From Octopus sinensis (Eukaryota), in NCBI RefSeq assembly GCF_006345805.1, contig NC_042998.1, positions 134,354,001 through 134,418,000 on the forward strand: a DNA stretch of 64,000 nt. The letters run 5' to 3'. The notes below the pieces were generated by a model that was not told where the DNA came from, ran no database searches, and saw only the letters and a list, made by a program, of their open reading frames with translations. This document shows positions 52,073 through 63,599 of the stretch, one piece after another. A program made the translations under genes and the position numbers. How positions within the stretch are numbered: position 1 is the first letter of the stretch; every line of letters begins with the position of its first letter.

Positions 52073-52164
52073 CGTCTCTGACGAGCAGAAGTATTGTCTA
52101 TCAATGTGTATCAACAATGGATTCCATTATAATGACAATACTTTCGTGATACGATCGTATGATG
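52073..52164 (+). ncRNA. Degenerate type I hammerhead ribozyme (GAAA changed to GAUA), long stem II
   Basis: CGUCU CUGACGA gcag AAGUAUUGUC..GACAAUACUU ucgu GAUA CGAUCG UA UGAUG; same architecture as the 27.1 kb ribozyme. Confidence 0.6.
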
Positions 52165-52429
52165 CATTAATTTACAAATCTTTAAACAGTCATGTTTCAT
52201 ATATTTACATATATTTTTAATACAATACTATTTTAGACATATATATCTTCGTGAGGAATATTTTTGATATTGAATTTCATGCTATTATTTCAAAATACAG
52301 TATATATAATCGCTCATATTAATGTCTAAATACTTTATAGTATTAATATTTTTTGACATTTTATACAAAGAGTACTCTAACAGAATATATTTAATTAATG
52401 ATATATATATAATTGAAAAAATAACTGCA

Positions 52430-53110
52430 AAAATTATAACAGTGCAACTTATTGGAGCTGTCACAAGAAATCTGCATGTCCACTCAGGAACCAATGCATG
52501 CAAAAAAAACAACGTATACAAATGCACAATCACAACACCATAACATAAATACACATATATAGGAGCCTCCAAAAAACCAATTTAAAGTTCGTTATCGCAA
52601 CCATATCTCATCATTCCGAAAGATAAGCAAGTGACATGCAACATCACTAGTGGACCTAATATGGAGATTAAAAGAAGTAAAATTAAATACGGAATAGAAT
52701 GGTCAATAATAAAAAATGCACGCCAATATAATACACTATCGGGCGTATGTGACTTGTGCCTTGATGAAGCCTTGTGCATTCTGTTAAGTAACGAAAACTT
52801 GGTTAACAAGCATGCTGAGAAAATACCAAGATATTGCCACTGCGCAAAATATGCATTTTCAAGATACAACACAATTAAATAATGATAATAATTCGGCGAA
52901 CTCTCTCCCACTCTCCTTCCCCCTATCCATATGTGTATGTGTGTGTCAGATTGCATTTCTATAAATACATATGCGTGCCTGTCCGCATGTTTAGTATGCA
53001 TGAATGTATGTCTCTCTCTCCACACACACATATATATGTATATAGTAATAGTATATTCTGTTACGAGCACAGTAGAGTACAGTATAAAGCTCATCCACCT
53101 TCATATTTCA
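52430..53110 (+). mobile_element. Penelope-like element remnant: GIY-YIG endonuclease C-terminal region plus 3' flank
   Basis: Broken-frame translation: CPLRNQCMQKNNVYKCTITT..YIGASK..FKVRYRNHISSF..IEWSIIKNARQYNTLSGVCDLCLDEALCIL..LVNK, typical of the PLE endonuclease. Confidence 0.8.
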
Positions 53111-54354
53111 CCCTTTTCTATCCAGTAGTAGTATTACATGTACTTCCGTGTTTGCGTTTGGGCTTCTGTCGTGTGTGAATAGATAATTGAAAAATTTTGG
53201 AGTCAACAAGAGGGAGTACGGTTGGACATTATTTTTTTAATCACTACAATTATTTCTATGCAATGTAGTTCTTCAGGCGTGCAGGTACTTGATTATGCAA
53301 CTGTTCTCTGCATTATGAAATTTAGTGTTTCCTCAGGCGATATGATTCTCTGCTTCAAGATCATCCTCTCTGTCTGTCGTGGCTAGAATTTAGTAGCCTG
53401 AAATATAAAGGTGGCCGAGCTTTATACTGTACTCTACTACGTTCTTAACAGAATATGCCATAACTATACACACACACAAATACACACACACACACACCAC
53501 ACACACACACACATACATACATACATACATACATACATACATACATACATACATACATACATGAGGTTCAAATGTGCAGAAAACAAAAGACAGACAGGTG
53601 AGGGAACAACAAACAGGTGTATTTGTTTGACTCTCGGGAAGAAAGGGACGAGAGAGTAAAATGGGTGGGTGGGGGTGAGAAAACAATGTGTTGGGATTAA
53701 CGGTTTAATATGATAACATGTAGTAGAAAGGTACACAAGTGTTTTAAACAGGTTTAGTTTCTCTTCTTGCTTATTCCCTTCTTAGTCTACTTTGTTAAAG
53801 GTTTTCACCCGAAACGTTAGTTTACTTCGTCCTTTTCTGTGCTGTAAATGGCCAGTTAATCATAAACTTCTGTCGGCAGGCAAGGCAATCGTTAAACCGA
53901 GCGTATGCGTCTGTCTATCTAATTTTACGCGAACTAATCTGCTCTCATCGAGTTTATTTTGTCTGATGAATCGTCTAAATGAAAGGATGCTCCAGATTAA
54001 CAGAGAAACAGGCCAGTAGAAATAGACTTTATGTGTGTGTGTATGCGCGCGCGCGTGCGAATAGATAATGCCTGTATAGGTAATTCATTATCATTAAATA
54101 AATATGCTTTCTGTTTTTAGGTGCCCATTGCAAACATAGAGTTGTATTTCCGATCTTTTGTTGAAAAAAATGACAAGTAAGTCGAAATTTATTCCATTTC
54201 AAGCACTTGCACATGCGTTCACACACATATAGGTATGTATATATGTGCGTGTGCTTCTTCAAGTCGAGTGTCAACTGCTGAGGAGCCCTCTTTGCACACA
54301 CTCTCCGATATCTAAAGTATTCCACCATTTCCGGTTATATATATATTTCTTTAC

Positions 54355-54560
54355 TACCCACAAGGGGCTCAACACAGAGGTGACAAACAAGGGCAGACAA
54401 ATGGATTAAGTCGATTACATCGACCCCAGTGCGTAACTGGTACTTAATTTATCGACCTCGAAAGGATGAAAAGCAAAGTCGACCTCGGCGGAATTTGAAC
54501 TCAGAACGCAGCGGCGGACGAAATACCGCAAAGCATTTCGCTCGGCGTGCTAACGTTTCT
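54355..54560 (-). mobile_element. tRNA-derived SINE, Meta-domain-like core, CpG-intact
   Basis: GTCGATTACATCGACCCCAGTGCGTAACTGGTACTT..GTCGACCTCGGCGGAATTTGAACTCAGAACG; similar copy at 58045-58180. Confidence 0.85.
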
Positions 54561-54689
54561 GCCAAACATTCCAATTGCACCGCGATTTCACAAACTCATC
54601 TGTTCGCGCAAATCATTTCGTCCAAACTCTAGCGGGTTTTGTTAGTGGTCGCAATTAATGGTTTCTCACTGCGTGGTTTGTATACAAGG

Positions 54690-54865
54690 TTTTTTTTTCT
54701 TTCTTTCTTTGGATCTCTTCAAGCATCTCTGCACGTTGTTCATGACAATGGAGTTATCTCCGTTAACAACTTGTAGTTGTTTGTGGCTTTCGGACAGCCT
54801 GCAACCCTTTTTCGTTAACAATTCGATAACAGCAAGTTACTTCTGCTTGGAACCCATTATTTTCC
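54690..54865 (-). mobile_element. Decayed mariner N-terminal HTH fragment
   Basis: KQK*LAVIELLTKKGCRLSESHKQLQVVNGDNSIVMNNVQRCLKRSK resembles QRAVIEFL..G....IH..L..VYG...V..W.K.F. Confidence 0.55.
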
Positions 54866-55151
54866 TGCAATAAAGAAGAATAAAAAGGCGATTTACCATA
54901 GAGGAAGAGTTACTCTCCCATCATGCACTATTTGAACAACCAACGTTAATTTTAGTAAAAGTTATGTCCACTTCTGCATTTTTTTTTTTGTGCAGCCCAC
55001 GTGTGTGCGCGTGTACTGTGTAAAACTTCCTTTCATTAGCACCCGGCTTTGCGTTCGTCAGAAAAGTAACCCACTGCTTTAAGAAACTAGGCAGGAGTGT
55101 TACATAGCAACATTCTGTCTGACTAAAACCTGTAATCTCACAAGTAGAAAA

Positions 55152-55448
55152 TCTTTATATATAAAAGTGAAGTTGTGTGAGAGTCTGTCTACTTCGATTT
55201 AGATTCCAAACTACTCCCACATTTTGCGGTGCAGTTTAACCAAAAGCGGGTATCTTATAGTCGTGATTTATATCGAGCCCTTCTGGGTATTAGCGCGCGT
55301 CTACAATGAGTCTACGATTAAAAAAAAAAATTTACCATCATTTTTCCGCATTCTTAATGTATTTTTTGCTCGGTTTATATAAGGGAAGTAACTCTCTAAA
55401 AATGCTTATATAGTTATTTACCTTACAAACGCCGGGCGATACTGCTAG
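55152..55448 (+). mobile_element. Non-autonomous Helitron, family 1 (5' arm of the 3' hairpin deleted)
   Basis: A|TCTTTATATATAAAAG ... ACAAACGCCGGGCGATACTGCTAG|T. Confidence 0.85.
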
Positions 55449-55710
55449 TAGTCGATAAAAAAAGAATACATTTGCTTGGATTTTATAATTAGGGAAGGGG
55501 GATAACTCATAAAGTATTTGGGAGTAGTTTCTTTTGTAATAGTAGTTTTACCTTGTAAGTTTAAATTATAAATTCTTTTTGGAGTTAAGTACTGAAAACA
55601 TGTTCTCTGCAAAGACTAAATATTTATTTGTCCATTTAATACGGTAGTTAGGTGTATTTTTCCCAATAGACTTTCAATTTTTCAAGCCTGGTGTTGTTCC
55701 ATAAATCCAA

Positions 55711-56090
<380 letters not shown>

Positions 56091-56674
56091 CGAAACAAAG
56101 CAGGAGAGTTACTTCGTAAAATATCTAGTTACTAGTGATTATTACTAAATATATAGTTAAAAATTTATTTAACGAACAAACTCCCCTGTTTTGGCTTGCT
56201 TACTATTAGTACACTGAGACCTACCCAACTACGGAGTCCAACCAAATAGAATTCGGGGTATAATACGAGTCCTTCTCGCAGTTTTTCCTTTTGAATATGC
56301 AGGAATACATCTGGTATTCAAAATAATGGTTATTTGTCATGCGATTTAAATTTAGAACAGTAGCTGGCATCCGTCGGTCTCAAGAGGCCAGCACACCACA
56401 CACATACGTCGTGTGTGTGTGTGTGTGCACGGGCGCGGGCGCCGCACATCTATGTATGCATGTACGTTTATATACATATTCGGTGAACGCATTTGAAATA
56501 ACTTTAAACCAAATTCACAACCTGCGTATCGTACTAAATGTATTAGACACACCGTTCAAAGGCAGGATGCCGTGGTTTTGTCAAAGAAAAAAATCCTTTC
56601 ATAAACATATTGTATTGAAAACACAATATAGATATCGGAGTGAAGCGAACAACGTTGGAACTGTGACTCATGAG

Positions 56675-56720
56675 GACGAGTGACGTGTTTCGCCCTAATT
56701 GGGTCTCATCAATCCCGTGC
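56675..56720 (-). ncRNA. Relic minimal (Penelope-type) hammerhead
   Basis: Minus RNA: ACGGGA UUGAUGA GACCC AAUUA GGGC GAAA CACGUC ACUCGU; C3U change and imperfect stem I. Confidence 0.45.
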
Positions 56721-57087
56721 AACTGTTTGTCACTTGCTAATACGAAATTCATTCTTCGATGCGTAGGAAACAGTGAATAATACATTCACTGGTATAGCAG
56801 AAAGCTTACCGAGCTTTGAAAGCAAATTAATGGATACATCTGAAACAGCTTTAAATTTAAAACACCATCTTAGAATGTATATATATTTACACTAAATATA
56901 TGTACACAATTGAAAGGCATAATGCTATGGATTTTATCTAAGAGAAAATCTTTTCATATACATGCTATTGTGTTTCAATTGCGTTCACCAAGTTTAAGAG
57001 CTTAAACTAAAAATGAACGGAAATTAACCGGAAATGACAACAGGGAAATCCGATACTTTTAATATAGATAATTTATGTAACTTCTGC

Positions 57088-57256
57088 TGTGTCTGGGGAG
57101 GGTCATTTTCTTTTTGTGCCTTATAATGTAACACACCCACCGGTAAAATTTCCACTTATTTCTTATTTTTCTAAAATTTTCGTTGCGTCTTGCAACCTTA
57201 CCGGTGAGTGTGTTACATTATAAGGCACAAAAAGAAAATGACTCTCCCCAGACACA
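57088..57256. repeat. Inverted repeat, 59-bp arms (57/59 identical), 51-bp spacer; MITE-like
   Basis: 57088-57146 versus the reverse complement of 57198-57256. Confidence 0.85.
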
Positions 57257-57359
57257 ACTGAATATGCTTCAACACACGAACTCATATAAAGAATCTTGCA
57301 AACCAAATCCAAAAACGAAATTTATGTAATATTATCAATGTATATAACATGAATCGATA

Positions 57360-57530
57360 AGAACAACGCCACTGCTTCCCGTCGATTCTTTCTTTACAGC
57401 TCCGCAGTCGTGCAGGATTACTGCATTGCTGAGATGTAACTATATTGGCCATCATGCGTTGACATACAAGCCACCGAATTGCCTTTACAGTAGTGTTCGT
57501 TGTTGATATAGTACCTTTGTGTACCTCGGC
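57360..57530 (-). mobile_element. Merlin transposase N-terminal zinc-finger fragment
   Basis: AIRWLVCQRMMANIVTSQQCSNPARLRSCKERIDGKQWRC resembles the WL..LLA..C..C..M.L..DG..WRC pattern. Confidence 0.5.
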
Positions 57531-58417
57531 TGCAATTTCAGAAGCTATCACGTGGAAGCACTTCACATGTAGTTACCTGTGGACGCCACCTAATGAACGA
57601 CTTCTGATAATATAAGTAAGGGATTTCATAAGTTCTCTTTATGTTCTCTTAATGAAATTATGGGATGCAACCGTCGTCGCTCCCAGTCAATTTACCTCCA
57701 TTTTTTTTTAAATCCCTAAACTGCATATTAACTGAGTGTTCGTAGTTGTTGAGGACTAAACTGTTTTCTGGTTCTGAGTAGAAAGGCTAGTTTTTGCTAC
57801 TCTATGAAGAGGAGTATTCGTCCGGAGAAATCCTTAGTGATGATGAGGTCTGGTATATGTGGCAAACAAGATACTTTGCGCTCTGTCCTATCAGTTCTAG
57901 GTGTCCCAGAATCCCTTTTACGAATAAGCCACGTGTTTTATGAACATACTGCCGTCGTCAAAGTGAAAAGTTGTTCTCCTTTGACGTACACAGCAGCAAC
58001 TAGCGTATTTGCGTTTCAGTCTATTAGAACGTATTAAGAATCCTTTCTACTGTAGGCACAAGGCCTGAAATTGTGGAGGAGGGGGATATTCGATTACATC
58101 GACCCCAGTGCGTAACTGGTACTTATTTAATCGACTCCGAAAGGATGAAAGACAAAGTCGTCTTCGGCGGAATTTGAAGAATGTATGAAGAATAAGTAAA
58201 CAAATCAACGTAATAAATTTCTTAGATTGAAAGAATACTACACACGTTATTTCAATATGTTTTCTTTTATTATTTACTGTAAGAAATTACTGCAAATATC
58301 TACGAATTTAACCTTGACGTTGGTGATACAGAAATAATCTTTTCATTTTAATTATAGCGCGTATTTATTCAAAAATCGAATATGTGTCGAACATTTTCAA
58401 ACAGAGGACATTATTAA

Positions 58418-58722
58418 TCAGTACGGTTTAACATAATAGTTGTATGGTTTGAAACTATAGTTTGAGGTTGGAGCTTGTATCTTCAGTCTGTGGTCAAGGT
58501 CCCTGATATTCAGATCATCATATTTGACACTGAAATCCTCATCTAAGCTGGACTCGTCGAAATTAAGAGCTCGAAACGTGTAGTTGCTGGGCAAAACATG
58601 AGATCCGGTTGTTTCCAAGGGATCAGTACTCAAAATTAGATTTGTATTCATGTGATTGACATTCGAAAGTTCTTCTTCTGAATCATTTGCTTCAGCTTGA
58701 AGTTCTTCTTCACGTGTTCGAT
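58418..58722 (-). CDS. Terminal exon of the same uncharacterised gene (DRTREEELQAEANDSEEEL...YSFKPYNYYVKPY*)
   Basis: Minus-strand acceptor aattttccAG in phase 1, matching the 61219 donor; 100 codons to TGA; extends track ORF 58418..58651. Confidence 0.75.
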
Positions 58723-58994
58723 CTGGAAAATTATATTAAATTTAAGATTTAAAACGCATGACTATTTCTATGTTCAACGTTATTTCTAAGAATAATTTTG
58801 ATCTGCAACCGACAATATGACGACGTACAGGTGGTGAAAACTAGAATATAAAATTACTGCAGGATTGATTGTTCGACCTACATTTTGTTTTTTCATCTTC
58901 CAAGTGTTGAAATGATTAATGATTATTGGTTTCCATGCTAAAAAATTTAATGTAAGGAGTGGTAAGTGCAGTAACAGTAGATGCGAACACGAAC

Positions 58995-59079
<85 letters not shown>
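58995..59079. repeat. (TAG)n microsatellite
   Basis: About 28 uninterrupted units. Confidence 0.95.
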
Positions 59080-59299
59080 TTCGCCACGAGATCGATGAGC
59101 GGGAATTACAAGGATTGAGCACAAATTTCTATGATGGGGTTACAACCAGTTTGAAAAAAAAAACAGGCATGAGAAAATAATATAAGCATGCACATGAAAA
59201 GGAAAAACTCCACTAGAGAAGCATATATCTATGACCAACCATGAAATTTTACAGATTCAGGATTACTCTGACTTCCAAGGGCAAATTCTCTCTTTTTCT

Positions 59300-60200
59300 C
59301 AGTCGTAGACTCCAGCCTACTGAGAGCAGAAGCCCCAATCATCTAGGTTTCACTTGCTACCCTCTCAACATTTTAGTAAGTAAGGACGACCCTTTACACC
59401 AACTTCACATTTCTCTTTGTGGTACTCGAAAACGTTGATGAGAACTTGACTGGAGACGAAGGCTCTTGTCGTCAGACCTCTCGGTTTTGTCCTTCACACA
59501 AGCATTTTCACTATAGATATTAGAGAGGAAACAACATTTCCTTCCTTGTACTCATCACAAAAGATGGTAAAGCGATCTTGATGATGGATGACACGTGACA
59601 ACAGTTATCCGACATAACTCCACAACTCAACAATGCTCAGACACATAACGAGTGCATGTAGAAAGATTTCATCACTCCGGACGTGCCTATAGAATTTATC
59701 CTGGACCTACAAGTGTAATGGTGACCCAGTCGAAAGCTTTAGAATGACCTTAATTTATCACAACCCTACACAAGACAGATCTATCACCAACCTTCTCTAC
59801 TAATGTGTAGCTTGAGTTACAAATGGAATGGATCCGCAGGAATCACTGTTATGAGTGGTGTCGATGACGGATAAAATATTTAACTTTGCATTCAGCCGAG
59901 TGATAGATTAAAAATCTTCAACGATGTCTTTCTTGTTGACGTCCTTCCTCGGTAGCTCTACCACTCACCGCTCTATATTTTTGGGGAATTCACCTCGATC
60001 GCGGCCAGTTGCAATGGACATCTGCTGAGATATTAGGTATCACACATCACGAATTCTAGTGGCTGATATCGACTTTTCTCAATACTCCAACTCGTGACAA
60101 CCATCAAGGTAGGCACTAAGTTCACCTTCTTCGTTCAATCGCTTCCCTAAAACAGTCGCGAAGTGTCACTAAAACTACACTCACCTGTCTGACATCCATT
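59300..60200 (-). mobile_element. Tx1/L1-like reverse transcriptase fragment
   Basis: Decayed SKAFD.V.H and LNAKLNIL motifs on the minus strand. Confidence 0.55.
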
Positions 60201-61218
60201 GTTGTCTGTGAAAGACTGAATTTTTTCCCATATGGGTAGAGTCTGCCGGATTTATCAAACGGTTTTCGCCCTCATGTATCTAAGAACATGTATCTTTACT
60301 CCAATAACGCAGCTTTCATGTTTCATGTTAATGAAATGATCGAGTGATAATTCAGTAACAAGCACATCGATTGCGACGCTTTTTCTAACAGCCTCTTCTA
60401 AACGGTCTACATTCTCTCCTCCTCCAATCTATTGTTCTCTTTCATTACTTCTTAGTTTCACTGACGGCTATCAACATCTATATCTACTGATCATTAAACT
60501 AGTGATTTGAATTCCAAGCCGGTTCCAGGCCACATGGAACTAACTCTTTGCATCAGCGACGGGCTACGTTGAGAAAAAAGTGGGGACGACCACTTACCTT
60601 GCTCCATGAGGACGAATAATCGGGTGGGGGTGCGCCATTGAAGTGTTTATCCAAATTTCAAATTTTTAAAAATTAGCAAAACAATTTCACCCACTTAAAA
60701 GATTTGGAAGAAATCTGGCTATTATTTCGACCTGGCCAAAAGACTGCCAAGAAGCTCCTTTATTTTTCGATTCATAGTGCCAAGCTTCTAAAAAATAAAT
60801 ATGGATCTCTTCGACATGACTCGAGTCAAAAGTCGCATTCCCAGAAGGAAATGAAGTTTACATAAATACATACTAAAACGCTTGATGAGATGGAGAGAGA
60901 ATATCTGTGGACTGTAAATGTCAAGAGAATAGCTTTTAGATTCTTCGTGTCGTCTGCGATGCTCACCGATCATTTCTGCTAGAATAGTTGCAGTATTTCC
61001 TCATGTATCAACTTAATTTGGGTTTCCCTGTTCCTACTAACTCTTTTCTTCCTTTCTTGACATTTCTCTTTCCTTTTCTTTCTCTCTCCCGTCCTTTTTC
61101 TCTCTCTTCTTCTGTGTGTTTGTCTGTGACTGTGTCTGTGTCTCTCTCTCTCTCTCTCTCTCTCCCGTTCTCGTATACATTACACACTTTAACCTTCATA
61201 CGTACACATTTTACTTAC

Positions 61219-61485
61219 CTGATGACTGGACCCTTAAATAATCCCCGGCAATAAACGAACCATTTGCGCTGGTTACCAGAACTCTGTCGTTTTCAGCCTT
61301 TCTGCTTTTCTCAAGGTGTTCAAAAGTCTGCCGAAGTCTTTTACATAGGTTAACTGCAGCTCTAGCAATGTATTTTGAGGGAATGATGCTTTTGTCCAAA
61401 GATTTTTCTAATGCTTCTTCACTGAAGGCACTCCAGTCCACTGATTTGATAAGCGACGTGCGTTCCTCTTTAGGCATCCCTTGTT
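61219..61485 (-). CDS. Internal exon of an uncharacterised minus-strand gene (267 nt, phase 1-1, EQGMPKEERTSLIKSVDWSAFSEEALEKSLDKSIIPSKYIARAAVNLCKRLR...RVQSS)
   Basis: On the minus strand: ctctcttctctttccAG acceptor and CAG|gtaagt donor, 89 open codons with protein-like composition; C-terminal half of track ORF 61211..61828. Confidence 0.8.
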
Positions 61486-62624
61486 CTGGAAAGAGAAGAG
61501 AGAAAGTGAGAAGAAAGGTAACGGTGAGGGGAAGGGAAGTCTGAAGAAGACTTTGGAGAATATAAAGAGAAATAAGGAGAAGAATGATTAAGGGGGGAAA
61601 AGGAGGAAGAAGAAAGACGCAAAAGGGAAGGAGGAGGAGGAGGAGGAAGAAGAAGAAGAAGAAGAAGATGATGATGATGGTGATGATGATGTAGGCAATG
61701 CTATGTGAAACAGGTTCGTTTCGCTCGCAAAATATTAGCTGGGATTCAACTGCAGTTATCTTCCCTGTCGAATGTTCTAGAGCGTTCCAAGCAACAGTGT
61801 TTAGTTCCCCTTTTGCTATACAAGCCATAACTGCTAAACCTCACACAGGAGGATGTTCGGAGCAATATCGTCTACTTCTTAAGAGCGTATTCCAATTGAA
61901 TCGCTTCTTCTCTAAGACGCGGCGAGGTCAACATCAGAGAGAGAGAGAGAGAGCCAAGCATAATGATTCGATATTCTCTCATCAGCAACTCCCTATGGTA
62001 TTCTTCACCTAGTGCCTGTCTGGAAGTAATTTTTGTAGTTTGAATTCCTCCAATTTTTTCACTGTCATCGTAGAATATGGCAAGATATTCAGAATCTTTA
62101 ACGTCAATCCCAGATAACCTGATTGAACATTGTGTACTCACAGTACGAATTCGTTTATTACGCATCTGAATAAAACATTGGATACGAAGTTGTTCACTTA
62201 CTGCAGCAGAGGGATAATACAGCCATTGAATTAATGACGCAGTGCAGTCGTTAAAGTGGTGATATCTTCATTAGCGACTTCCTTCGCTAAAATGATGACT
62301 ATGAAATTTAGGGATGAGGAAATAGGGAAGATCCTTATTAGTTTGTATTTTCTCACCAGATACTATTGAATGAAAACACAGTTGACCGCGGTAGGATTTG
62401 AAATCGTTAAATATGAGGCTTAGATATTGGTAATATGAAATATTTTGAATGGAACTTATATCCTGGTCTTGTTCAACTAATCTGTCATGTAGACAGGTTC
62501 TGTGTTATAGACATATTGCAATTCTTCATTTCTCCTCCTGAAAAAAACTATTCAGGCTTGCATGGTTAGTTCAATTGTATACGAAACCGAGGTCAGCTCT
62601 TTTCTGCCAAATAAGAAACTGAAA

Positions 62625-62870
62625 GGAAAAATGTATCGGACAATGTGGAAAAGAAAAAGATACGCCGACCATCAGTCTTTTTTCTGACACGTAGGCAAGA
62701 AGACAGACACTAGGCTAGCTAGCTACATCGGTATATTGAAGGCCAAAAATACCCACCACACAGCATCGAGTGGAACATCGGTGAGAGATCTACGCCACAC
62801 ATTAATGGGTCAAGGAAGTACAGGCTTTGTAAAACTGAAAGAACACACATCCTTTTAAAGTCTAAGAACT
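62625..62870 (+). mobile_element. Penelope-like endonuclease fragment (decayed)
   Basis: RYADHQSFF*..TRLASYIGILK..IEWNIGERSTPHINGSRKYRLCKTERTHIL, the same PLE endonuclease motifs with a stop and a frameshift. Confidence 0.65.
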
Positions 62871-63599
62871 CCACCGACCTGGTCTTTTATGGCATTTGAC
62901 TCAACTCCTTCTTTTAGGTTCAAAATCTCAACTCAACTAAATTTGTCTCTGTAAGTTAATAAATATATGATGTGTTTGGATTTATTCCATTGACTAACAT
63001 TCTCTTTACAAGAAAAAATCTCAGCTTACACCCATTCAAAAGTAATTGTTGGGTGTATATGTGTTAGAAAGATCGAAAGGTTTATTTTAAATAATGTGTT
63101 AGAAAGATCGAATAAACAGTTTATTTAAAAGCTAGGAAAAAATCCACACCTCACTCAATTCCCAACAACATTGTAAATATTATCACAAGTGCATACGTTG
63201 ACATATCGATTGCTTCAACAAGTAGAAAAGTTATCAGTAAAAATCCCTGCCTCGTGTCCGAAGTGTCAAGCTAAATAAATTTACAATTGCAAAGCTGATT
63301 AGGGATATTATTGCATAAAAACAAACATGGCTTAATTCTTAAAATCCTCTAAATTCAGAGCTCAGATGATTTAAGTGATTATAGTAGCTAAAGGTTGAAA
63401 AGTTTGTTTATAATATCGTTATCGCAGTGAGTTGTTTCTAATTAATGACGGGGTGACACAAGGGGAGATTCTGTTTTGATACTTAGCTTCAGATTAGAGG
63501 CTCAAATATTTAGTCACAATCCATATCGGATCTATATTGAAAACTAAGTGTTTCTGTATCTCAGATTGAGATACGTATATCACTTGTTAAAGTTCTATT

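Noticed and set aside
53783-53828. Hammerhead-like ...AGGT-TTTC-ACCC-GAAACGTT-AG
   Set aside because: The CUGAUGA box has three mismatches (TTGTTAA) and stem I is only 5/7 paired; too decayed to call.
57790-58040. Possible R4/Dong-type endonuclease remnant (RTDR..PDLII) on the minus strand
   Set aside because: Only two short motifs; not enough to assign.
60598-60660. Perfect minus-strand donor CAAG|GTAAGT with ATG GAG CAA G that could splice in frame to the 58722 exon
   Set aside because: No stop-free acceptor upstream, so it is not an internal exon. One such donor is expected by chance in a window this size, and a first-exon role cannot be supported without RNA data.
61486-61828. Hydrophobic N-terminal half of ORF 61211..61828, which looks like a transmembrane segment
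   Set aside because: It is the translation of (CAT)n/(CTT)n/(CCT)n repeats and the polypyrimidine tract upstream of the real acceptor.
62010-62170. Possible upstream exon(s) of the minus-strand gene (ORF 61872..62165)
   Set aside because: A phase-1 donor exists but is weak (AG|gtgaag). The peptide is unconvincing, and another frame gives a YLG motif suggesting LINE decay.
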